Source of the DNA: an uncultured Flavobacteriaceae bacterium
Lineage (GTDB): Bacteria; Pseudomonadota; Alphaproteobacteria; Micropepsales; Micropepsaceae
Direction: 5' to 3'
NCBI GenBank assembly: GCA_964483585.1
Contig: CAZABH010000002.1
Location: forward strand, 65,380-129,379
Length of the DNA: 64,000 nucleotides
This document shows, piece after piece, positions 1-9,422 of this stretch (the stretch's first letter is position 1; each line of letters begins with the position of its first letter). The notes below the pieces were generated by a model. The model made no database searches. It had not been told where the DNA came from and saw nothing but the letters and a program-made list of their open reading frames with translations. The position numbers were made by a program, and so were the translations under genes.

Positions 1-303
1 GTCGATCCGCGCGAAACGCTTGCAGATGCTGCCCTGCGCGAATTGCGGGAAGAGGCTCTGCTGGCTGCGCGTACAGCGCCCGAGTTCTTCGGCATGTATC
101 TCAGCCTGGTCGACAATAAGTCCGATCATATCGGGTTGTTTCTCGTGCGGGACTTCGAGCCTGTTGCTGGCCGCTTACGTGCTCTGGAGATTGCCGAGGC
201 GCGGTTCTTTTCCGTCAATGACCTGCCCAAGGGAACGACGGGTGGCACACGCCGTCGGCTGGGTGAGATCCTGCAGGGGGCGCCGCGCTCGGCCGCTTGG
301 TGA
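1..303 (+). CDS. NUDIX hydrolase, C-terminal part (5' end outside the window)
   Basis: Frame +1 is open from base 1. VDPRETLADAALRELREEALL contains the Nudix box core E-x7-REL-x-EE. Same frame as listed ORF 43..303, stop TGA 301-303. Confidence 0.6.
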   Translation, partial: VDPRETLADAALRELREEALLAARTAPEFFGMYLSLVDNKSDHIGLFLVRDFEPVAGRLRALEIAEARFFSVNDLPKGTTGGTRRRLGEILQGAPRSAAW

Positions 304-306
304 TGC

Positions 307-1464
307 CTACCAGGCCTGCTCCAGGATCTGCCCGACGTCATCCGTCGACGTAATGGACCTGGGGTTGCTCAGCACGACAGGGTGCTTCGCGCATTCGTCG
401 GCAATGCCGGGCAAATCTTCTTGCCTGATCCCGATATCACGCAGACGGCTGGGAAGCCCCAGGTCGGCAATCAGTTGCGAGACGGCGTCACCTGCCGGCA
501 TGTCTGGCCGACCAAGTGCCTGACTGATGAGAGCCTGACGGTCAGCGGTTACGGGTGCGTTCCAGCGCAGGACGTGCGGGAGGATCGTGCAGCTTGCGTA
601 TCCGTGGTGGACGCCGAAGCGGCCTCCCAGGACGTAACCTATGCCGTGGCTTGCGCCTGATCCCGTCCTGTAACCTGCTGCGCAGGCAAGATGGGCCGCG
701 ATCTGGCTCTGGGTGCGGGCATCAGGGTCGCCCGGTACCAAGCGCGTGCGACGTAGTGTGTGCGAGAATATCCTGAGCGCCTGCAGGAAGCTTGCGTCGG
801 CGTGCAGATTTCCCCGGCGGGACAGAACGCCCTCGCAGCAATGATCGATGCTTCGGATTGCGCTTGAGAGCCAAAGCCACTCAGGTGTCAGTGCTCCGAG
901 GGCTGGGTCGTATATGACGCTAATGGGGACAAGGGCTGGCGCATGGAACCCAAGTTTGACGCCATGTGTTTTGTCGGTGCCGCCGCCGGCTGGCGTCGTC
1001 TCCGCGCCGGAGAGGGTGGTCGGGATCGCAATCTGTCTGATCCAGCGATTGGGGGGCGTGTCAGCCGAGGCTGCCCGTGCACGGAGCTGGTCGATCGACG
1101 TTACATCCCATGCCAGTCCGAGCTGGACGAGTTTCAAGCCATCGATGACCGATCCGCCGCCGCAGCCGACGAGGAGATCTGCGCGCATGCGCTTGGCCTC
1201 TTCGATGGCAGCCAGCACGCCTGTCAGGCTGGTATGTTCGCTGATGCCGTCAAAGATGGCGATGCAGCGCTTTCCCAACGCGCCTGCGAGCAGGGATACC
1301 GCGCCTGTTTGACGGTGCAGCGTGCGAGATGTTGCCACGAAGATCCGCTGCGCGCCGAGGCGCTCGACCTCGGATCCCAAGGATGCACGAACGGATGCAC
1401 CGAAGTGGACCCGTTCCTGCAGAAGGGCCTGCCATGTGAATGGCCTGGTCAAACCGGATCCCAT
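307..1464 (-). CDS. Iron-containing alcohol dehydrogenase family, maleylacetate reductase-like
   Basis: ORF 307..1551. It has the GGGS-x2-D motif (LLVGCGGGSVIDGLK) and a His-rich metal site (SHGIGYVLGGRFGVHHG). I trimmed the start to MGSGLTRPFTWQ (ATG at 1464) because family members begin just before the x-V-x-FG-x-G strand and the longer start runs about 100 nt into the upstream SDR gene. Confidence 0.7.
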   Translation of the reverse strand: MGSGLTRPFTWQALLQERVHFGASVRASLGSEVERLGAQRIFVATSRTLHRQTGAVSLLAGALGKRCIAIFDGISEHTSLTGVLAAIEEAKRMRADLLVGCGGGSVIDGLKLVQLGLAWDVTSIDQLRARAASADTPPNRWIRQIAIPTTLSGAETTPAGGGTDKTHGVKLGFHAPALVPISVIYDPALGALTPEWLWLSSAIRSIDHCCEGVLSRRGNLHADASFLQALRIFSHTLRRTRLVPGDPDARTQSQIAAHLACAAGYRTGSGASHGIGYVLGGRFGVHHGYASCTILPHVLRWNAPVTADRQALISQALGRPDMPAGDAVSQLIADLGLPSRLRDIGIRQEDLPGIADECAKHPVVLSNPRSITSTDDVGQILEQAW

Positions 1465-2366
1465 CCAAACACAGAGGTCGTCGCGCCCGTATCGTACATC
1501 ATCGGCTTCATGGCGGGGAAAGCGTGATTGCAGATAGCTTCGGGTGTCCAACCTTCCATGCGCGTCATGCCGCGGACGGGGCGCGACTGGGACATGAGGA
1601 AGATCTCATTGCCTCGGGCGACGAACACCTGACCTGTGACGTCCTTTGCCGGTGGCGCAATGAGGGCGATGGCCAGCTTGGCGACCTGGTCTGCCCTCAT
1701 GTGGTTGCGCATGCGTTCCACGCGCTTTGCGGAGGCTTCGTCCTTGACCGGGATCGTTGCGATCATGCGCGACCAGGCAAAGGGGGCGATGATGTTCGAA
1801 CGTACGTTCTTCTGTGCGCCTTCCATCGCGATGATGCGGGACAGGCCGGCCACGCCCATCTTGGCGGCAGCGTAGTTAGCCTGACCAATGTTTCCGATGA
1901 TCCCGCTGGTTGATGTGAACAGGACATAGGCTCCGTCCTGCTGCTCGCGGAAATGCTCTATCGATGCGCGGCAGACATTGTAAGCGCCGTTCAGGTGGAC
2001 GTCGATCACCATGTCCCAATCGGCATCGGACATTTTGTGAAACATGGTGTCCCTCAGAATTCCTGCAGGGTTGATGACGGCGTGCAGGCCGCCGAACGTG
2101 TCGCGTGCCTGTTCGATCATCCGCTTGACGCCCGGGCGGCTGGTGATGGAGTCGGAGTTGGAGGCAGCCTTGCCGCCAGCGGCAACGATCTCGCGCGCCA
2201 CGGTCTCTGCCGGGCCTGCCGAACCTTCATCCCCGCCTGCCACGCTTCCGCCCAGGTCGTTGACCAGGACGCTTGCGCCCTCGCGCGCTGCCAGCAGCGC
2301 GCATTCCTTGCCGATTCCGTTGGCGCCGCCTGTGACCAGGACGACCTTCCCGTCAAGCATACCCAT
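1449..2366 (-). CDS. SDR-family oxidoreductase (hydroxyacyl-CoA dehydrogenase / MFE-2-like, with C-terminal extension)
   Basis: Rossmann motif VTGGANGIG and catalytic YxxxK (NYAAAK). 305 aa. Same strand as the downstream reductase gene, 16-nt overlap with my start choice. Confidence 0.75.
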   Translation of the reverse strand: MGMLDGKVVLVTGGANGIGKECALLAAREGASVLVNDLGGSVAGGDEGSAGPAETVAREIVAAGGKAASNSDSITSRPGVKRMIEQARDTFGGLHAVINPAGILRDTMFHKMSDADWDMVIDVHLNGAYNVCRASIEHFREQQDGAYVLFTSTSGIIGNIGQANYAAAKMGVAGLSRIIAMEGAQKNVRSNIIAPFAWSRMIATIPVKDEASAKRVERMRNHMRADQVAKLAIALIAPPAKDVTGQVFVARGNEIFLMSQSRPVRGMTRMEGWTPEAICNHAFPAMKPMMYDTGATTSVFGWDPV

Positions 2367-2508
2367 TGCCGTTCTCTCCCGTTTTCGATGGTGATGCTGC
2401 GCACGTTAGCGAGCGCCAAACATTGATTCCAGCCCCCAAAAGCGGGTTTGTCTTTTCCCGGGTGCGGCGCTATTGCCTTGGCCGATTTTCATCGCGGGAG
2501 CTGGTTAC

Positions 2509-3060
2509 ATGAAGATCCATGGCTGGATGGAGCGGGTCGAGACAATGCTGGGCCTTGGCGGAGACCATGCGTCGGAGCGCAAGCGGCGTGTTCTGAAGCA
2601 TGTGTCGGACCGAACGATCATCGCGCGTGACCTGACCCACGAGCGGGCGGGCATGGAAAGCTTTGGTCAGCGGCTTGCTGATCGTGTGGCCGAGTTCGGC
2701 GGATCGTGGACCTTCATTTCCTTGTTCGTGCTGATCCTGATCGCGTGGACCCTGACTAATACCTATGTGCTGGTGACCGGAGCTTTCGATCCGTATCCAT
2801 TCATTTTCTTGAATCTGCTGTTGTCGATGATGGCTGCGTTGCAAGCTCCCATCATCATGATGGCCCAGAACCGGCAATCTGCGAAGGACAGGGCTGCCGC
2901 GCAGCATGACTACGAGGTGAACCTGAAGGCCGAGCTGGAAATCATGGCGCTCCACGAGAAAGTCGATCACCTGCAATCACAATTGTTGCTGCGTCTTCTG
3001 GAGAGGCAGGAGGAACTTCAGCGGATGATCATCGACATCAAGAGCGGGATTGGAAAATGA
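2509..3060 (+). CDS. DUF1003-family membrane protein
   Basis: ORF 2473..3060. Two TM helices (WTFISLFVLILIAWTL, PFIFLNLLLSMMAAL), then QNRQ..D and a coiled-coil tail, as in DUF1003. ATG at 2509 follows GGGAG. Confidence 0.6.
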   Translation: MKIHGWMERVETMLGLGGDHASERKRRVLKHVSDRTIIARDLTHERAGMESFGQRLADRVAEFGGSWTFISLFVLILIAWTLTNTYVLVTGAFDPYPFIFLNLLLSMMAALQAPIIMMAQNRQSAKDRAAAQHDYEVNLKAELEIMALHEKVDHLQSQLLLRLLERQEELQRMIIDIKSGIGK

Positions 3061-3617
3061 GCAGCGTATTTTTCCGGCCCGAGGAGGCACGGGATGCGGC
3101 AGCAGTGGATGCGCTTGTTGCGCAGGCCTTCGGTCCCGGTCGCCATGCCAAAAGCGCCTATCGCCTGAGAGAGGGTGTGGCTGCGCTCGCGGACCTTGGT
3201 CACGTGCTTGAGATCGATGGTGTCGTGGCAGGAACTGTGCGGTACTGGCCCGTGGCGATTGGGGATGTTCCAGCGATCATGCTTGGGCCGATCGCTGTGC
3301 GCGCTGACTTGCAAGGGAAGGGGTATGCCCTGAAGCTCATGCAGAACAGCCTGGACCGCGCGAGGGCCCTCGGCCACCGGATCGTCGTACTGGTCGGAGA
3401 CGAGACTTATTATGCCCGTGCTGGTTTTGCGCGGATCCAGCCCATGGGACGTATCACGCTTCCTGGACCTGTCGATCTGTCACGTGTGCTGGGGCTTGAA
3501 CTTGAACCTGGTGCGCTGGATGGGGTTGCGGGTGAGCTGTGCAAGCGTGGCGTGGCAGAAGAGATTTATGCGGCCGGCGCCCGGCTATCTACCTTCGCGG
3601 CGCCAGCCAGCCAGTAG
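3057..3617 (+). CDS. GNAT-family N-acetyltransferase
   Basis: 186 aa. The acetyl-CoA-binding segment LQGKGYALKLMQNSLDRARALGHRIVVLVGDETYYARAGF is typical of COG3153-type GNATs. ATGA overlap with the DUF1003 stop. Confidence 0.7.
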   Translation: MSSVFFRPEEARDAAAVDALVAQAFGPGRHAKSAYRLREGVAALADLGHVLEIDGVVAGTVRYWPVAIGDVPAIMLGPIAVRADLQGKGYALKLMQNSLDRARALGHRIVVLVGDETYYARAGFARIQPMGRITLPGPVDLSRVLGLELEPGALDGVAGELCKRGVAEEIYAAGARLSTFAAPASQ

Positions 3618-5654
3618 GGCTCCTACGACGACGAGCAGGGCCAGGGCTGGATGCAGGAGTGGCGTCTGGCGTGTTGCGCTGACGGCATAGGCTTCGTTGG
3701 CCTGCAGGCCGATCCAGTTGCTGCCAGCCGCATTGCGACCAGGACGAACGCGGCGAATATCGGGAATGCCGTCGCGTGCGATCCAGCGTGTGGCACCCTG
3801 GTTTGCGGTCGCGAGTGGGGCGAGCAAGGTCTGGGTTGCCCGAACATCCGAGAGTTCCTTGGGGTTCAGCGGGCCGGCAGCAGCGACCGCAGAGAGGGTG
3901 CTGTCCTTCAGGCGATAGAGGCCAAGTTCCTCGGCTTTCAGCGTGCCCGAGAATGTGCCGTTGTCGCCGGCGCCCAGGGTGACGGTCTCCTTGCGCCCCG
4001 AGGGGAACGTCACTTCGACCCTTGATGCCGCATCGGACATCGTGCGACGGGTGATGGTGAGGCGGTTGCCCGTAATGGCTCCGTGCAGGCGCTCCTCTTC
4101 GAGATCCGGTTCCTGCATGAGCCAATGGGCGAGGCGGCGCAGCAGCTCGGCTTGCGGACCGCCGCCCTCGAAGTTTCGCGTCCAGAGCCATGCATGATCC
4201 GACAGCAACAGTGCTACTCGCCCCTTCTCGATCTTGTTGAGAACCAGGAGGGGCTTGTCCGATGCGCCACTCATCAGGGTCTGCCCGCGGATCACCGAGG
4301 ATTGCACCAGGCGGAACCATCGACCCCACGCTGGTTCGTTGCCTGAAGTGTTTGCACCTGGCAGGCCCGTCGTCACCGGGTGCTTGAGACCTTCGGTCGT
4401 GAGCCGTGGCTTGAAGCCCTGCTCGATCACGGTTTCCAGCGGTTCTGCTGGCAAGACGGAGGCGGCCGGCGACTGGAACAAGCTGTAGGGGGATGCGTAT
4501 TCGGGTCCGGATGTCACCAGAAGGGCGCCACCGTTGCGCACATAACGGGCGATGTTCTCATAGTATATGAGCGGTAGAATGCCGCGGCGCTGGTAGCGGT
4601 CAAAGATTATGAGGTTGAATTCGCCGAGTTTCCTGTCGAAAAGTTCGGCTGTGGGAAATGCAATCAGCGACAGTTCGCTGTTCGGCGTGCCGTCCTGCTT
4701 CTCGAGCGGTCGCAGAATGGTGAAGTGAATCAGAGATACGGACGGATCAGCCTTCAGGAGGTTGCGCAGCGTGCGCTGGCCCGCGTGCGGCTCGCCCGAG
4801 ACCAAGAGGACCTTGAGTTGGTCGCGGATTCCTGTGGCGATGATTGCCGCGCGATTGTTGAGGAGCGTGAGTTCGTCGGGTCCCTTGTCAGCAGCGAACT
4901 CGATCACGTTCTCGCCACCGTGTGGCAGCCGCAGGTCGACGGTCACTTCCTTTCCGGATTGCGCTTCAAGCGTGTCGACGACCTTTCCGTCGATACGGAT
5001 CTCGACGTTCGCCGGCGGGGCCGCATCGTTTCCGAAATCGTCGACACGCAGGGTGAAGCGTATCGGCTCGTTCACGATGCCGAATCGGGGGGCCTTGATG
5101 ATGGTCAGCTTGCGATCCCGTTCATCGGGTGCGCCTGTCAGCAAGGCGTGGACGGGGTAACCCAAGCGGGCTGACGACGCTTGCGGTACATCGTGGACCT
5201 GCCCGTCGGTTACAAGGATGGCTCCTGCTATGCGGTCTGGAGGGACGTCGGCCAGTGCTTCCCGCATCGGATCGAGGAGGCGCGTGCCTCCGTCGGAGGC
5301 ATTGATCTGGGTTCCGGTGACAGTGATTACCCGGACCTCCAAATCCTTGACTTCGGCCAGCCGTGCCCTGAGGGCTGCGACTGTCCGAGTGACGCTGGCA
5401 GACCTGTCGCCGATGCTCTGGCTCTGCGATTGGTCGGCAATGATCACAGCAACGTCGGGCAGGCCCTTGCGTTCCTCCTCGATGATCGAGGGGTTGGCGA
5501 GGACCAGCAAGGCGCCTGCTGTCGCGATGGCGCGCCACAGTATGCCCGGAGCGGCCAGAAGTGCGCCGGCACCCACCACTGCAACGGCAAGTGCCGTCAG
5601 GGCCAGGAGAACCAGGTCCGACACGTGCGGAACGAAGACGATATCAATCGCCAT
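3585..5654 (-). CDS. Large membrane protein, fourth gene of the MoxR/DUF58/BatA-N operon (vWA/GATase1-like regions)
   Basis: 689 aa. N-terminal TM helices (LVLLALTALAVAVVGAGALLAAPGILW...), then an IIADQSQS...LVTDGQVHD vWA-like segment. 11-nt overlap with the upstream gene. Confidence 0.55.
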   Translation of the reverse strand: MAIDIVFVPHVSDLVLLALTALAVAVVGAGALLAAPGILWRAIATAGALLVLANPSIIEEERKGLPDVAVIIADQSQSQSIGDRSASVTRTVAALRARLAEVKDLEVRVITVTGTQINASDGGTRLLDPMREALADVPPDRIAGAILVTDGQVHDVPQASSARLGYPVHALLTGAPDERDRKLTIIKAPRFGIVNEPIRFTLRVDDFGNDAAPPANVEIRIDGKVVDTLEAQSGKEVTVDLRLPHGGENVIEFAADKGPDELTLLNNRAAIIATGIRDQLKVLLVSGEPHAGQRTLRNLLKADPSVSLIHFTILRPLEKQDGTPNSELSLIAFPTAELFDRKLGEFNLIIFDRYQRRGILPLIYYENIARYVRNGGALLVTSGPEYASPYSLFQSPAASVLPAEPLETVIEQGFKPRLTTEGLKHPVTTGLPGANTSGNEPAWGRWFRLVQSSVIRGQTLMSGASDKPLLVLNKIEKGRVALLLSDHAWLWTRNFEGGGPQAELLRRLAHWLMQEPDLEEERLHGAITGNRLTITRRTMSDAASRVEVTFPSGRKETVTLGAGDNGTFSGTLKAEELGLYRLKDSTLSAVAAAGPLNPKELSDVRATQTLLAPLATANQGATRWIARDGIPDIRRVRPGRNAAGSNWIGLQANEAYAVSATRQTPLLHPALALLVVVGALLAGWRREGR

Positions 5655-8433
5655 CTTTCTCCTGCCCCAGGCGCTCGAGGATGTGCGGGACGTGGACCAG
5701 GTCGGCCTTGTAGTTTCCGGTCAGCGTATACATCACCAGGTTCACACCGAAGCGCATAGCGTATTCGCGCTGGCGCTCGCCGCCGGGGACGATCGCGGCC
5801 AGCGGGCGTCCCTGCATGTCTTCAGCCCATGCCGCAGCCCAGTCGGCACCACCAACGATTATGGGCGTGACCCCGTCGGAGGCCGTGGTGGTCGTGATGC
5901 CGTCTGCCGATCTCTGACTGCTTTCCACCCAGATGCGCCCGGCTGGCCAACGACCTGGAAAGTCATCAAGGAGGTAGAATGTGCGTGCGAGGATGTGGTC
6001 CTTGTTCAGTGGTTCGAGCAATGGGATGTCCAGGCCTGCAAGGAGACGTCGAAGGATGGCTGTGCCCTGGGGGGCGCTTCCGGTTCCCATCGGCAGTCCG
6101 GTTCCCTGGTCGCGGGTGTCGAAGAGGATTGTCCCACCGTTGCGCATGAATGCGTCGATGCGGGCCAGAGCTCCTGCGGAAAGGGATGTCTGTGCTGGCG
6201 TGATGGGCCAATAGAGCAGGGGAAAGAACGCAAGCTCGTCTTTCTCGATGTCCACGCCTACTGGTGCTTCCGGCTCAACAGCCGTGCGTTCGGTGAGAAC
6301 CCGCGTGAGCCCCTGCAGCCCCGCCTTGCTCATGGCGTCAACCTGAGTGTCGCCGGTCTGGACATAGGCTAGCCTGAATTGCAGTGACGCCTTCATGGCA
6401 AAGGCATCATCTGCCGCGGCTTGCCCAGCTGCCAACATCATCCCTGCCACCAGAAAAGCAATGGGAAGAATCCTACCATTTGCAGATGCCCTCGAAGGAA
6501 GGGCTGGGAGAGGGAGAAGCCCACGCATGATGTAGCCGACCAGCAGGTCTGCCAGAGCCAGCAGCAGGGCAAAGACCATGAGGTCGTATTTCAGCGCTGT
6601 TGCTTGCTTCAGGCCAAACTCCGCGGTCCTGATATCGCTTGGCAGGGAGGGCAGGGGCTGGAGCCTCGCGTCGGGCTTGAACAGGTTGAAGGCGCGCCGG
6701 CTGCTGGTGTCGCCGTAGAATCCAGGGGGGTGCGTTGGGCTGGCGTCTTCCTTGTCCAGGTCGCCCGCCCTTATCGTCAGCGCTGCAGGTGCTGGCGGTC
6801 CCAGCCTGCCGAAGCCATCGAGCGTTTCCTGGGGTGAGAGGAGGTCACTTGCGGCGGAGCCTGCGGGTGCCGCCGACAGCCCTGCCGAGAGTGCGATCGT
6901 CCGCCTGAGCATGTCGACATAAACGCCTGACAGCGGAAGGTTGGACCAGGCACTGTTCGCGGTGACATGGAACAGTATCACCCATCCCTTGCCCTGCTGC
7001 ATGGCAGTCACTAAAGGCGTGCCGTCCAAAAGTTGCGCCCAAGTCCGGTGGTCCGTGCCTGCGCTGGGATCTGTCAGTACCTGACGGTGTACCGATATGT
7101 CTGGTGCGATCTCCAATCCCAGGAAGGGGCTTGCTTCGGGCCATGGGGCCAGGGTCTGCGGTTTTTCCCATGCCATTGCGGAGCCCAGCAGACGCCCGCC
7201 TGTCCGCAGGCGTCCGGGGATCAGATCGTCGGTCTTGGCAGCCATGCGCGGACCGGCGAACCTGACCAGGACGCCACCATTGCTGACCCAGTCACCCACG
7301 CGCTTGCGGTCGTCTCCCACGAGTTGGCCAACATCGGCCAGCATGAGCACCGATAGGCCCGACTGAACCAGATCCGCAATTGTCCCCTTGTGAATTTCAG
7401 CGTAGGGTTGCAGGGCGCGATCGAGGAAAAACACGTCGGAGAGCAGTGGCTGGGCTGCGTCTATGGACTGGCCTGACACGAGCCCCACGGGCCTGCGTCG
7501 CCAGCGTTCGTCAATCAGTATGGTGCTGCCGGCTGATGTGCGGTTGACGATCTCGACGCGGGCAAGGTCATTGCGCAGTTCCGTTGCGAGTTCGAGGAGC
7601 ACTTTGGTTTCCGTTGCACCTGACCTGATCACGAAGTCGCGGGAACCAATAAAACGGCCTTGTGTTCCAGTTGCCCGCAGCGTCCCGCTTATCTCGTCGT
7701 TGGCAGTGCCACGAATGACGCGAAACACCAGGGCGCTGCCCTCGACCTTGGGCTGTGTCAGGGCGAGAGGCGCATTGATGCTGCTGTCTGTCAGGATGCG
7801 CAGGTCGCCAAGTTTTTCCAATGCGGAGATGAACTCTCCGAGGTTGCGCCCATCCAGACCGTCGGACAACCAGACAATGTCCGGCCGGTCCCTGAATTCG
7901 ATGTCCTCCAGCGGCTTGATCGCGGCCAGCCTGTCCACGCCGTGCGGTTGGGGGGCTATTGCCTTCACGGCACCCTGGGCATCGGCTCCCGAGAGTTTCT
8001 TGACGCGGATCTTCAAATCTCCCGGGGCTGTCGGAACGACGACGAGGGGGCGCTGGTCGCGCTCGGCCTCGGCTGCAATACCCTGCATCGCGCCGACGCG
8101 GTCATCCCATCGCGCGGCCGCCGCCCAGCTGTTGTCGACCACAATGATGATCGCCCCCTTCCGGAGGGTTGCCATCTGCGGGTTGAGGTAGGGATCTGCC
8201 AGAGCTACGATCACCAGTGCAGCAATGAGGAGTCTGAGAAGGAGCAGCCACAGTGGTGTGCGTGCGGGTGTTTCCTCTGCCTGCTGCAAGCCGAGAAGCA
8301 GCCTGACAGCGGGGAATGGGACTTTTTTGGGCGCTGGCGGTGTCACCCTGAGCAGCCACCAGATCACCGGAAGAACAGCGAGGCCCAGAAGAACCCAAGG
8401 CGCACCAAATGCCAGCGGTCCAATCGACAGCAT
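5644..8433 (-). CDS. BatA-type N-terminal double-TM domain protein with C-terminal DUF4159-like domain
   Basis: 929 aa. The N-terminus PWVLLGLAVLPVIWWLLR...LWLLLLRLLIAALVIVALADP matches the aerotolerance-regulator N-terminal pattern. The C-terminus (GGTILFDTRDQG, FYLLDDFPGRW, LVMYTLTGNYKAD) resembles DUF4159. Confidence 0.6.
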   Translation of the reverse strand: MLSIGPLAFGAPWVLLGLAVLPVIWWLLRVTPPAPKKVPFPAVRLLLGLQQAEETPARTPLWLLLLRLLIAALVIVALADPYLNPQMATLRKGAIIIVVDNSWAAAARWDDRVGAMQGIAAEAERDQRPLVVVPTAPGDLKIRVKKLSGADAQGAVKAIAPQPHGVDRLAAIKPLEDIEFRDRPDIVWLSDGLDGRNLGEFISALEKLGDLRILTDSSINAPLALTQPKVEGSALVFRVIRGTANDEISGTLRATGTQGRFIGSRDFVIRSGATETKVLLELATELRNDLARVEIVNRTSAGSTILIDERWRRRPVGLVSGQSIDAAQPLLSDVFFLDRALQPYAEIHKGTIADLVQSGLSVLMLADVGQLVGDDRKRVGDWVSNGGVLVRFAGPRMAAKTDDLIPGRLRTGGRLLGSAMAWEKPQTLAPWPEASPFLGLEIAPDISVHRQVLTDPSAGTDHRTWAQLLDGTPLVTAMQQGKGWVILFHVTANSAWSNLPLSGVYVDMLRRTIALSAGLSAAPAGSAASDLLSPQETLDGFGRLGPPAPAALTIRAGDLDKEDASPTHPPGFYGDTSSRRAFNLFKPDARLQPLPSLPSDIRTAEFGLKQATALKYDLMVFALLLALADLLVGYIMRGLLPLPALPSRASANGRILPIAFLVAGMMLAAGQAAADDAFAMKASLQFRLAYVQTGDTQVDAMSKAGLQGLTRVLTERTAVEPEAPVGVDIEKDELAFFPLLYWPITPAQTSLSAGALARIDAFMRNGGTILFDTRDQGTGLPMGTGSAPQGTAILRRLLAGLDIPLLEPLNKDHILARTFYLLDDFPGRWPAGRIWVESSQRSADGITTTTASDGVTPIIVGGADWAAAWAEDMQGRPLAAIVPGGERQREYAMRFGVNLVMYTLTGNYKADLVHVPHILERLGQEKDGD

Positions 8434-8435
8434 TT

Positions 8436-9380
8436 CTAGACCGTTCCGATCGTGCGCTGGGACGTCAAGGCCTCGTAGGCGGCGAGCAGTGCGCCTTGTG
8501 GCGGCCTGTCGGTCCTGTGTGTCGCGAATGTCCAGTCCTGCCTTATGCAGGCGCGCGACAGAGTTTCCTGCAGCCCCCTCAGCCTGTCCCTGTATGCACC
8601 CTTCAAGGCCTCGGCCCTGCGCGCGAGCATTTTCAGTCTCGTTTCGATGTCCTCGAATTCGGTGCGTCCGTTGAACGGCAAATCCTCTTCGGCTGGGTCA
8701 AGGACCTGGATGAGGTGTCCGCGCACGCCCATGGTCCCGTAGTGGCGCAGCACCTCCAGCGTTGGTTCGGGGGGGGCCAGCCAGTCGCTGATCATGATCA
8801 CTTGCGAGAACCGCGGGAGGGACACCTTCGGCGGTTGACGTGCGCTTGCCTTCATGTTGCGGACCCAGTTCATGGCCAGCCTGTCGACAGCCTGTTGTCC
8901 GGTGGTTGCGGGTTGGTCGCCTCCCAGTTCGCCCACGCGCTCGCCACCGCGCACCAGCAGGCAGGCAAAGGCGAGCGCCAGGACTGTCGCCCGCTCGATC
9001 TTGGCGCTGGTGGCTACGTGGGATTGGTATTGCATGGAGGGCGATGCATCGCGCCAGATCCAGATGCTGGCTGCGGCCGACCACTCGCGCTCGCGCACGA
9101 AGAGATGCTGGGACTTTGCCGATTGGCGCCAGTCGATCGCCGTAGAGGCGTCTTCGTTGCGGTAGCGCCTGAATTGCCAGAAAGCGTCTCCCTGGCCGAC
9201 ACGCCGCCTGCCATGTTCGCCCTGCGCGACGGTTGCCGCGACCCTGTTGGCCTGCACGAGAAGCGGTGGCAAGCGTGCGCTGAGATTCTCGGCGTCGGAG
9301 CGCAGGCTTGTGGAAGGCGCTCTCCCCTGCAGCCATTCGCCGAACTTCGAGCCCCAACCGGGGGTGGCGTGCACTTTCAC
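8436..9380 (-). CDS. DUF58 domain protein (vWA-like MoxR partner)
   Basis: 314 aa. GEHGRRRVGQGDAFWQFRRYRNEDASTAIDWRQSAK is the characteristic DUF58 core. It lies directly downstream of the MoxR ATPase. Confidence 0.8.
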   Translation of the reverse strand: MKVHATPGWGSKFGEWLQGRAPSTSLRSDAENLSARLPPLLVQANRVAATVAQGEHGRRRVGQGDAFWQFRRYRNEDASTAIDWRQSAKSQHLFVREREWSAAASIWIWRDASPSMQYQSHVATSAKIERATVLALAFACLLVRGGERVGELGGDQPATTGQQAVDRLAMNWVRNMKASARQPPKVSLPRFSQVIMISDWLAPPEPTLEVLRHYGTMGVRGHLIQVLDPAEEDLPFNGRTEFEDIETRLKMLARRAEALKGAYRDRLRGLQETLSRACIRQDWTFATHRTDRPPQGALLAAYEALTSQRTIGTV

Positions 9381-9422
9381 TGGCGCGGTTCCCGGTTCTT
9401 GGTCATGCGCTGCAATCCTGGC

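Noticed and set aside
5218-6372. 384-aa plus-strand ORF
   Set aside because: It is antisense to the two large membrane-protein genes of the MoxR operon and has no independent support.
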